This document shows positions 12,101 to 24,100 of a stretch of DNA of 64,000 nucleotides, in pieces (the first letter of the stretch is position 1; every line of letters begins with the position of its first letter). The stretch comes from Phoronis australis (taxonomy: Eukaryota > Animalia > Phoronida). The stretch covers positions 664,669 through 728,668 of the forward strand of contig NMRA01000171.1 of NCBI GenBank assembly GCA_002633005.1, given 5' to 3'. The notes under the pieces were generated by a model. That model was not told where the DNA came from. It made no database searches and saw nothing but the letters and a program-made list of their open reading frames with translations. A program made the position numbers and the translations under genes.

Positions 12101-15100
12101 CACATTTTGCCCCTAGCCTATTGAGGAGACAATGACCATGCCTTTCCATTTTGCAAAGTACAACATACTACATATATGCCCTCTACTGGCCACTTTATGG
12201 TACCAATAAACAACCCTAGAAGGCTACCGTATGTGGTGCAATTGTGGGCGCATTTCAACGCTCTGCGTTGCTCTTGTTTGAAAAAGTGGAGAACAAACGT
12301 TCTGCACCAATAACTAGATTTTCAAAAAAAAAACAGACTTTCTGGCCTTGTGTGATATTGGTCAGTGGTGTTGTGTGACGGACAGAAGTCATATATAAGG
12401 TGTCCAGATTTTGAGAACCAATTTGATGCTTGTTATTCAGTAGAGAAAACTGGTTCACAAAATGCTGGGACGTTATATCTGACTATTACTCTGCGACACA
12501 TCTAGGCCACTCTAGTGTCACACCTAGCTCTGTGTTGCAGGAAGCCGACTCGGACCCCACTGGCGATGCTGGTCATAAGACCCAGCAGATGTTGACCTAC
12601 TATGAGCTGGACCTGGGTCTCAACCATGTTGTCAGGAAGTACTCTGAACAGCTGGAGGAACATGCCAACTTTCTCATTACAGGTAGGCTGGCTGTGGACC
12701 TTGTTGGTGCAATGCAATTGTAAAGTAACCGGTTGGCTTTGTTGCTATGATGTTCCATTGTTGTGCAGGTGTCACAAAACGTTCTGTGTATCCCCAATCC
12801 ATTAATATCTGAAATCGGTGTTTTTGGTGACTGGATTTTAGTTTTCTACATTTTCCATTTCGAAAGCTGATTCTAGTTAATAGCATAGTTGCCATTTATA
12901 GTTTCTGTCTATGAACAGATTATGTTACTTTAAACCTGTTTTTATCCCATTGTTCTGTGTTGTTTCCAGTGCCTGGTGGCAACGAGGGGCCCAGTGGTGT
13001 GCTTATTTGTTCTGAAAACTACATAACGTACAAAAACTTCGGTGACCAACCAGACATCAGGTGTCCCATCCCAAGGAGAAGGGTAAGAGAACAAAAGAGA
13101 TCTCAAGCTGTTTTATTTTATGAGGTCACAGCCTTGTTGATTTTCAAATGGCACTGTGCGTTTGCGTGCATCAATGAAATTACAAGATGCTAATATTGTC
13201 CAACTTAGAAACGCAGCCCAGCTCCATAGTAGTTGTCCTCATCGATACTGTGGCGTTTCTACCTGCGTAGACTAATGAAGTGCTGCTATATCACACGCCA
13301 TGTTGGTTGGTGTGTGGTACGAAGCTCTACGACAAACACACATTACTGGGTTGTTATGAAAGTTCTGGATATCATAACTGTAATTGTCAAGTTGGATTAC
13401 TAAAAGTAATGACTAAACGTAATGACTAAACTTAAGACAGCTCTTTGCAGACAACTTTCCAAGCCTTCTGCTCTGTCTCCACCGGTGTAAGACAAAGTAG
13501 ATGGATTTCAACTAGATACAGGTTACAAGAGTAAATTTGCTTGTAGTTAAGTAGTCACAAGCAGAACTGTTTCAATTCATCTCCTCAGCTTAACTGTGGT
13601 ATGTTCACTGTGTTCAGTTTGAAAGTAAATTGTATAGACAACTGAGAAAGCAATGATTTTGTGTCCAGTAATGATGTCCGTAACTTGTGTTTGACAGAAT
13701 GATCTGGATGACCCTGAGCGAGGTATGATCTTCGCATGCAGCGCTACACACAAGACCAAATCAATGTTCTTTTTCCTGGCTCAGACTGAACAAGGCGACA
13801 TCTTTAAGATCACGTTGGAAACTGATGAGGACATGGTAGGTGTTGATTACTGTACATAGAATTTGTGATTAGTAGATTTAGTGCTGAAAGTTTATATTGT
13901 GAATGGCAATAGTTAACTGCTTAATAGACATGTTTGGTCTGTGTTGACAGTCGAGGGACTATAGGTAACAAACTAAACAAATTTAGGTAGTGCACTTGAG
14001 CCTTGCATTGGATATTTCTTGCAAAATCAAGGGTGAGCAATGAGCATTTACGCGACCGGTTAAGTGTTCAGATAATGACAGTTGTGTCGGCCACCTCACT
14101 AGTAAGAGTTAAATGAGGATTTTGTGGAATGCAGTAAGTGTACAGCTTTGTAAGTTTCTGGTGACCAAATTGGGTATATTTTGGTAGCTGTGATTCTTCG
14201 TAGACAGTCTTGGGCACTAAATTAATGTTATGACTGTATAAGTTCAGGGTGCTTGTTTAAATAGAACACTGATTCAAAGTGGAAATTGGGAACATTTTGG
14301 TGGTATGTGTTTAAGTGAGCATGGGTACTACTAACATGTGGACTGATAGGTCATTAAAATTAATCATCAATATTCAGTGGTGTGCATTGAGCTGTGAACA
14401 TAGGCGGTTACTTATGTATTGATATGTCATTCAAATTACGGCATCATAGTTCAGGGGTGGACATTGAGGTGAACATAGGTGTTGGTCCACATAGTGCCAT
14501 TTCATATTAACTGCATCACTGCTGTTCGACACTGGTCTTGTGTATTACCTGTCCTAAAATTTTTTTCAAGCTCAAAGGCCTAATGCGGCCAGCTGTTGTG
14601 TCGCTAATTCACTAGACCATAACTTGACCACGTTTGCCCGATTATATTCGCAGGTGACTGAAATTCGCCTCAAATACTTTGACACTGTACCAGTTGCTAG
14701 CGCTATGTGTGTGCTGAAGACGGGCTTCTTGATGGTCGCCTCAGAATTTGCAAATCAGTGAGTCACTGTCTTTGAATTTTTGTCTGACTGACTAATCAAA
14801 GGGAATAATTTTGATGCATCAAACATCTTGTATTAAGTGGGGCTTTCTTACGAATGCTGTGATTAATTGAGCTTTGATGTTTGCGCATTGGCTCCAATTC
14901 CGTGCGAATACTTAATATCCAGACTTCTTAACTTAAAATAGTTGCTTGACTCAGCATTATTGTATCTCCACAGTTACCTGTACCAGATTGCCCACCTTGG
15001 TGATGACGATGACGAGCCTGAGTTCAGTAGTGCCATGCCCCTGGAGGAGGGGGACACCTTCTTCTTCGCGCCTCGCCCTCTCAAGAACTTGGTTGTTGTC

Positions 15101-18100
15101 GATGAGATGGATAGCTTGTCCCCGATCATGTCTTGTCAGGTGCATGTCATCAGTAGCTTTGTGAACTAATGCGAGTGGGCACTTAAGATTTCAACAGTTC
15201 TTAATTACAATAGGATGAACTGTTGATTTGAAGATGTTGTGACTGTTCAGTTTGTATGTTGGAGAACCTAATCCTCTCTTACAATTGTCTGGGATGTACT
15301 TGTGCTGTCTTTTAATACCAAAGCATGATGACTGTATAGACACATCCAGAAATTCCGTAGCGCCCTTTCTCATTCTGTGATATTTACCCACGATGCTGTG
15401 CTCCGCCTGTCATACTGTTGTTGGTGCTAATCGCCATTTTAAAACAAAGTTATTTTGCCACTTGTCATTCTAGTGCTAGTTAGGTTTGACTGTTTCACAG
15501 TGAATTACAGCGATGACATCAGAAAATCGGTTACAAGCTAAATGGAGTGCAATTCGTCGTTCTTTTCGTGTCCTTCTCATCTTAGAAATATTTAGCGGGC
15601 TTACGTATCGTAAACTTGGCCAAGTCATACATTGCGTTTGTTAACTCTGTGAAAGAACAGAGTTGAATTTGGGTTATGGCTATTAGAACCACATTTTGCT
15701 CAGACATGTATAGTGAGATATAGAAATAGTGTTACTTGGCACCTCGTCGTCGCTTTCAACTGACATAAATGTGAATGAATCACGGTTCCTTGTCTTGTGT
15801 AAACACTAATTTGTGAATTGTTTGTGTGTCCACAGATTGCTGACTTGGCCAATGAAGACACTCCCCAGTTATACAGTGTATGTGGGCGCGGACCTCGCAG
15901 CACACTTCGGGTTCTAAGACACGGTCTTGAGGTGTCTGAGATGGCTGTGTCAGAACTGCCCGGTAATCCCAATGCTGTGTGGACTGTCAGAAGGAATGTG
16001 GAAGGTATGTTGATTATGTGAGGCTGCACAGTCCGTAATTTAGAGTGAATGAGCGAGCAAAGAAAAGTGAGAAAATAGCGCTGCATTGCTACTGATTTTA
16101 CTAGTGGCTGGATGCCATACAACATTGAGGTGGTTTCTTAAGATTTACAACTTTCTGTAAATTCATTTGGAGTTTTCAAGCGCATGTGTCTGAGGTACTG
16201 ATGTGAAGCAGTTGATTTCTAAATACCATTGTGTTGTCTTAACTTGAGCTGAACTGTGTTATGTTGACATAGTTGCAGATTTCTACCGGGTGTCGAGAGA
16301 TGCTTCCTAACTGTTCACTTCAATTACAGGTTTTCTGTGTGTTTTGTTTGCAGAACAAGAGAACTGCAGTGATACTGATCTTGTAGTAAAGAATCGGCAG
16401 CTGCCGTTGATTAGCCAGATGTCCAGTATGAGGCTTTTCAAGATATTAATATAGAAATTTTATTTCAGCATGTACAGCTCAATGTTAATCTGTTGTGTCG
16501 TCTGTCTTCATACATGGCCAAAACTCACCAAAACCTGAAGTGTTGATTTGGTCTTTCTGTATTTCAAAAAGAAAATGCGTTTCTTGTGAGGTCCAAGATT
16601 TTTTAGGCAAACATCATTTATTGATTCATTTGTGTAAAACTGATCAGCAATCGTTTATAAACAGAATGCACTCTTTCTGTGACTGTTCTGGGGTGACTTT
16701 ATTGCAGTCATAATAAAGCTGTTTTTGATGAGTTTTGGAAATGTATGTGAGAAATCTGTCCTTGTATTGTTAGTGCACTATTATCCAACAGTCAAAACTA
16801 GTACTAATCTTTGCGGGTGTTTGGTCCATATGCCGACACCAAGCATTCTTTTCTATTTGCAGGATGATGTTGGCCTCTGGTAGTGCTAATGGTGTGGAGT
16901 CACGGCTGGAGCTCCTGAAAGTAGGCGGAGTCTACACAACTACCTGTACTTACTAGTTCTTTTACTCACCTCAAATTCTTGGGCTAAATTTGTATTTAAC
17001 GGTTTAGTGTTTTACTTAGTGTGCAGATTTAGCTCTTGCTGTTCTGTAATTGGTAAGTCAGTAACTATTACTTGCATGTGTCTTGTGTGCTTGTCGGGAA
17101 GAAAACATTTCAAGTGTTCAAGGCTCCAGTGGTTAGATCAACACATTTATGGGTAGAAACATTGTCAAGAAGTGGAGAAGAAAGAGGGCGCCAGAGTGCG
17201 GCATGAAAACGACATTTCAATATTAATCTGATACCTTCAGGTACAATAGTAGATCAAGAGCAAAATATAACAAAATATTCACTTCTCATGACACTGCGTG
17301 GCACAAGATATGCCAAGCAAAAACACTACCACAACTCCATGTAATATCAAGATGTTTTCATGCTGCACTCTGAGGTCGTTTTTTTCCACTTCTAATTTGG
17401 CCAGAAACTAATATTGTGTACAAGTCTACCTAGAATAGTATGGGATATGGGATTGTCTAATTGAGAAAACATGTAAAAGACATTACCTTGTCTGGCATGA
17501 TTCCTCTTTGATTTCATTTCCTAAAGTTAACTGTTGTACTCTGAACAGTCTAATAATTCAACTGAACTTTTTCCGTACAATTTCAATGTACACATACTCC
17601 AGGTTTCATTTGAAATGCCGTCTTCCCAATGACACACCTACACTGGCACACCTGCCTCTAGTGATGTATACCATGTAAACTTACGTGTGGGCTGTTTGCA
17701 GAGGACTACGATGCCTACATTGTCGTGTCATTCGTCAACGCCACCCTCGTACTGTCCATTGGTGAGACCGTAGAAGAGGTGACAGACTCTGGCTTCCTTG
17801 GTACCACGCCCACACTCTCCTGCTCCCAACTTGGTGATGATGCTCTAGTGCAGGTGAGATAGTCTGCATGGATCAGTTGAACCAACCTGTTTCTGCACCG
17901 TAATAAGTTAGATGCAGCTTGTTACTCCTTTCCCTGGTGACTTATGATGATAAATGTTTTGTGTAGTGAAATATTAATGTAAAGATATACAGAATATCAA
18001 TGTTGGTTATGTGCTAGTTTATGGTTATCCTGTGCTCATGAAAAAGCAAAAAAATATAGTATCAAAACAAATAATCTGTGTTTTGATTGATACCCTTAAA

Positions 18101-21100
18101 AATGGGACTGGTATATTTTGTATTAAATTTTCTATAACGAGAAAAAACCTGTGTGAAGTTGATCTGAAGTTGGCAAAGTTTGTACTTTACATTGTGATCA
18201 CTGCCAAGTTGTAATGGTCAGTCAACTTGTATTGTGCAGTCGTGGTTTTGACAACAAAAAGTTACTGAACAGCAATGAATGAAGTTATTGTTTCATTTGC
18301 ATATTATGACATGAACAAGTCACTGATCTTTGTAAGTTTGGTTCATTGGTAGTGTTTGGTAGAGTTATTGAACAAGTTTCAGTATGGAAGAGATGGTATT
18401 GATGTCATGCTGACTTTCAAATTCTGGTACCAACCTGTATTATGTATATTGTACTTACTACATCAGTCTTCTTAAAGAGTGTCATTGTACAAACGACTAG
18501 CCAACGAATGTTTTTACTGAATGGCAACTTTAACAAATTTGTTGTGTGCATGTGTTTGTCGCAGCCCAGCTCCATAGTAGTTGTCCCCATCGATACTGTG
18601 GCGTTACTAACTGCGTAGACTAACGAAGTGCTGCTATATCACGCGCTGTGTTGGTCGGTGTGTGGTACGAAGCATTCCAACACATATTAGTTGGTTTAGC
18701 TACAATTGGTGTGTTGGAATTTTGGAAAACATTACAACTTTGTATTACGTATTGTTGATTTTTGAGCATATCTGTAAGTTTGTAATTTGTGAATGCAGAA
18801 CTAGCTGTACATTCCATGCCATTTACATTTGAGTTCAGTGACGGGGCGTGTGATGTTGTAGGCAAATGCTGTAGCAGTGGTTAGCTGGCTGTGTAAGAAA
18901 GGTGATGTGACTACAGCCTTAGTGAAGTGAGACGATCATTGCTCACGGTTACTTTGTTGTTTACAGATCTACCCTGACGGTATCCGCCATATTCGTTCAG
19001 ACAAACGTGTCAATGAGTGGAAAACACCAGGCAAGAAGACCATCGTCAAGTGTGCCGTCAACCAGCGTCAGGTGGTCATAGCATTGACTGGCGGAGAGCT
19101 GGTATACTTTGAGATGGACCCCGTAAGTCAACTCATTCGCAACTTGACTGTGTATCACAGCCCAGCTCCATATCAGTTGTCTTGATCGATATTGGAAGTG
19201 TTTCTGTCTACGGAGACTAATGAGATGTTAGGTGCCTATTTCACTTAAGTTGCTGTGTGATGCTGAGCCTAACGATTCTACCGTGGTTTTCAAAATAAAT
19301 TGGACAGCATCGAAATTGATCGTGTTCAGTTTTTCAACTTCCATTCATAACAAAATTGATCGTGTTCAGTTTTTGAACTTCCATTCATAACGAAATTGAT
19401 CGTGTTTAGTTTTTCAACTTCCATTCATAACGAAATTGATCGTGTTCAGTTTTTCAACTTCCATTCATAACAGAATGTTTCTTTGCAGTTTGATTTTGTA
19501 TAAAATAATCAAATTTTGTGGTTGTACATCCTAGACTGGCCAGCTGAATGAGTATACAGAACGTAAAGAGATGTCCACCGACATCATCTGCATGGCTTTA
19601 GGGCGGGTGCCAGCCGGGGAGCAGAGGTCAAGGTTTTTGGCCGTTGGTCTGTCCGATAACACAGTGCGGATCATTTCGCTGGACCCTTCGGTGAGTTCTC
19701 CGTGTTTCAGTTTGTGACCAACTCTCACCTTTGTTTTGCTAGTCGCATGAAATGTTTGAGCTCCTAAAATGTGAAAAGTTTTCCATGTCTCTGTCACAGA
19801 ATAAACTCTACTAGAATCCAGATACTCCTTTGAACATTTTTTGTTCAGTTACAATAGTACTGTTGATTAATAGACCTAGTTAAATTCTCGGCTTTCAATG
19901 TTGTGCCTCTTTATTTTCAAATGGCTATGGATTAACACCAGACAGATATAACTGTAGATGTATGATGACACCAGGCAGATATAACTGTAGATGTATGATG
20001 ACACCAGGCAGATATAACTGTAGATGTATGATGACCCCTTGCTCATCTGTATTTACAGGACTGCCTGTCCCCGTTGAGTATGCAGGCTTTGCCAGCCCCA
20101 CCGGAGTCCCTTTGTATTGTGGAGATGGGTGTGACTGAGTCTAGTACAGACACAGAGTCGAGTGGTGCTGGGGAGCTGTTTCTCAACATTGGTCTACAGG
20201 TAGGGAAAGGCTTTTGAGTCAAAACAGATTTTCCCCCTATGGTCCTTACTGTAGAAACAATCAGCTTAATGTTGATTGTTGGAAGCCAAGATGAGCAAGA
20301 TTTGTTAGCATTGCAAATGAATTACGACTTGGAAAAAGTTTACTGGTGATATGTCATGTAAAACAGTTCGCTGCCTGAATGCTTAGTGCTTAGTTTTTCC
20401 AGGGCATCTTCCACTGGAAGATGATAATGTGCCTTGTCCATTTGCTATTCGCATTCCAATGAGTTGAACTGACCACCAACTCACATGTCAGTCTGTCAAT
20501 ACAACTCCATGCGATGACTTCTACACACTATTTAGAAGTCTTCTCGAAATCTTGACACTACTTTGGCTTGCAAAAATACACCATCATTTTTTGAAAATCT
20601 GTCAGACCTAAATTGTCCAAAAATATTATAAATTTACCAAAGCATTCAATCCCTGTAAACAAATAAAAGATGCGAATGATCCTGTCAGTTGGGTGTTAAC
20701 TGCATGTCATGGTTGTCCAGAGGGTTAAAAGGGCCGTAGCTCATGGTTGCCCAGAGGGTTAAAATGGCTGTAGCTCATGATTGCTCAGAGAGTTAAAATG
20801 GCCGTATGTCACTCTTGTGGTAGGTATTAACCTGAATCAAGCCAAAAAGTAGTTTCGAGATGTCAATGTTACAAGGTGCAGACTCCAAGACCTTACATGT
20901 TGTGTCTATCAGGGCTTGGAATTTTCCTCTTTTAAGAAGATTTCCTCTGTTTTGGTTTCGATTTCCTCTTTGATTTCCAGTTCACTCCTTTGTCTCTTTT
21001 TTATCATTATTTTGCCTTCATGCAAAAACTGTTATTTCAGTTAAATTTTACAAGATGAAAAATATTTCTATCACACAAGCCTATTTAATAGTGGAACGAT

Positions 21101-24100
21101 ACATCACCTGGAAAATTTTCCTCTTTTTTGTTATTGGTCATATTCCAAGCCCTGGTCTGACACTAATAATGGAAGTCCTATTACCTTGTTTTTCGTTGTT
21201 TTTGAGATGTTGATTTCATAATCATGGTGTGCAGTGTGATTTAGTCGTAAGGATGGTGGGAGTTTGCCAGTTTGAAGTATGGCAGTCTAATGGGCAAACT
21301 GTTGTCTTTAAAGTGGTATGTGTATCGCAGCCCAGCTCCACAGTTATTGTTCCCATCGATACTGTGGCGTTACTAACTGCGTAGACTAACGAAGTGCTGC
21401 TATATCACGCGCCCTGTTGGTTGGTGTGTGGTACGAAGCATTCCAACACTGTTTACATTTTAATGGAAATTTTGATTTTACTTTGTGATTTGTTTTCATT
21501 CGTGGTGTTTTGATTGTTGTAGAATGGTGTACTGTTGAGGACCCTGCTCGACACAGTGACCGGGGATTTGTCTGACACAAGAACACGCTACTTGGGCTCA
21601 CGACCAGTCAAGCTGTTTAGAATTACAATGCAAGGCTCAGAAGCTGTAAGTATACCTGTCTTGCTATGGCTTGACCTTTTCGTTAATCTGTCTATGAGGC
21701 AAGTAAACTACAAAATTTACTTGCCAGAAGGAAAAACGTGCTTGGCTTGAGTTGTAAAGTCTTTAAGTCAACAATCGCCTTAGTAGACATTTGCAAGTTC
21801 TGTTGTGTGCCACTTCATCTGGATACAAAAATTCACTGTTCAAATCAACTAGCCTGCTCCTTTTGTTAAACATTTTGTCAGCAATACATCTTCTGTGATT
21901 AAAATTCTCGAGAAAGGAAGCACTTGTATTTAGTTTTGACTTGCAGCATCATCAGATTTAATAGTCTCTACTATCTCTTAATTGTTTCTTTATGTCTTGT
22001 ACAATTAGTTGACCTTCATGTAAAACTACTCACAATAAACCCTATTCCTCTTGCTGTGAAACAGAGTTGATAATGAACCTACTGACCAGTTAGATAATGA
22101 ATAACTTTTTCTAAGCACTGATTGAACTTCCGTTGTGAAGTGAATTACACTCTTAATAAAGTGGACTTTTTGTAGTTGTCGTCCTTCGCTGCAGGTCATG
22201 ATTGTTGTGTGGTCACAATTACTTTTATGAAAATGTTCCACTGAACGAGCACTATCCAGAGGCGATGTTATATTAGGTGTGATTTAACTTCTGGTTGTAG
22301 ATCCTGGCTATGTCCAGTCGTTCCTGGTTGAGTTACTGGTACCAGAACCGTTTCCATCTGACACCGCTTTCATACGAGACACTGGAGTACGCGTCGGGCT
22401 TTGCTTCTGAACAGTGTCCTGAGGGCATTGTGGCTATCTCCACCAACACACTCAGGTATGGTCAGCACATGAGAGCTATCCAGGCAGAATAAGTGAAAAT
22501 ATCACCCAGACATTTCTCTTAAGAGATTTTTGAAAGATAGCGACTAACTGAGTAATTTTAGTTAATTTGTGTCTTAGGTTTGTTTGTGTTACTTAAAGAT
22601 GTATTTGCAGGAATTAAATGACAATGCTATTTGAACATCATCTAAGTTAAACAAAGTGTTGTGTTCACTGACAATGTGTAAACGTGAAAAAAATTCCTGC
22701 AAATAAGTGACCTTTGCACTAATGACGTACCTTGGGGTCTCACTTACCTCGTATCATGCAGTGCTATTCCCCAACACCACGGCACAATACTTAATGGATA
22801 GGGTTGAATGATTTAGGGCGGATTGTTTTGGACACAAAACTTGTTCTTAAAAACTTGGCAATTTTCAATGTACTTCATATTCACACTGTCGCTGTTTCTA
22901 ATTTGAGCAAGCAGTCTCAGAGATGAGGAATTGGCGTACAAGTTCCACTTTAAGATTGGCTGCTAGAACTCTATGGAGAATCAGCTACATTTAGTTACTT
23001 CAGTGTTCTTCTTGGCTTAAGTAGTCAACTATGTATCAGATGTGCCTTTCCCATCACCAACATGTGTTCAAACCATTAATAAACTACAGTAAGGTCACTG
23101 TGCGGAATTCAAGGTGTTATCAGTTGTCACTCACTCATTGCAGGATTCTTGCCTTGGAGAAGTTAGGTGCAGTCTTCAATCAGGTGTCCACCAGCCTCCA
23201 GTACACTCCCCGCAAGTTTGTCATCCACCCCGAATCCAATAACCTGGTCGTCATAGAGACGGATCACAACAGTTACACGGAGGAGACCAAGCAGCAACGA
23301 AAAGAACAAATGGCCGAGGTGAGCAGTACTGATAAGACTTAGTTAGGAAACGAATAGAAACAATGTTTGGCCATTCCGTCAATGTGAATTACTATTAATG
23401 GTGGAAGTCACTGACTTTCTGCTGGCGTTGTAGTATGGAAATGATGTTTCTCAATCCGTGTTTCACCTGATGTCTACGTGATTATTATGTTTTTTGAGCT
23501 GATCCATACTATTCATAAATTGTACTAAACAATTCCAGTGTCGACATGAACTCATTTTGTCAGTCTGTTACGTCTATCCTGTCTTGGAAACTCGTGATTA
23601 GTGGTCCAACAATTATACTCTGAATTCACGTGACAGGAAATGGTGGAAGCGGCTGGTGAAGAGGAGCAGGAGCTCGCCGCAGAGATGGCGGCGGCGTTTC
23701 TTAACGAGAACCTGCCAGAGAACGTGTTCGGCTCTCCCAAGGCAGGTCCTGGCATGTGGGCGTCGGTCATCCGCGTGGTCAACCCCATCAATGGACAGAC
23801 GTTGGAGAAGATCTCCCTGGACCAGAATGAGTCGGCACACAGGTAGGGGGCGCCAAATGCGACTTAGCAAAAATCTCAGGTCGCCAACTGAAATCTTAGG
23901 TTGCCAGTGCTGACGTTGAATCATTTAAAAAATACAAACAGGTCATGCCATACTCAGCTATCAGAAAATTACGCATACCTCTTCAATTTGTCCTCGTAAA
24001 AAATCTGCACTTAATCTCTAACTCAATTCCTGCTGTCAATGGGCAGACTATCGCATACACTGGAGACACGTGTTTCATGGTTCCATTTTTGCCCAACAAT

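Noticed and set aside
16863-16920. C/D snoRNA reading (ATGATG...CTGA) of the candidate poison exon
   Set aside because: No C'/D' pair, the apparent terminal stem would bury the D box, and the only rRNA complement I see is 7 nt. The splice signals explain it better.
21393-21440. GTGCTGC...CGAAGC in the H/ACA 3' hairpin is complementary to the U6 5' stem-loop (GCUUCGGCAGCAC)
   Set aside because: These bases largely form the lower stem and no uridine would sit in the pocket; probably coincidence.
23485-23498. Conserved TGTTTTTTGAG before the D box as an orphan guide
   Set aside because: TTGAG pairs with CTCAA after the C box in both copies, so the conservation is structural; I recognise no target.
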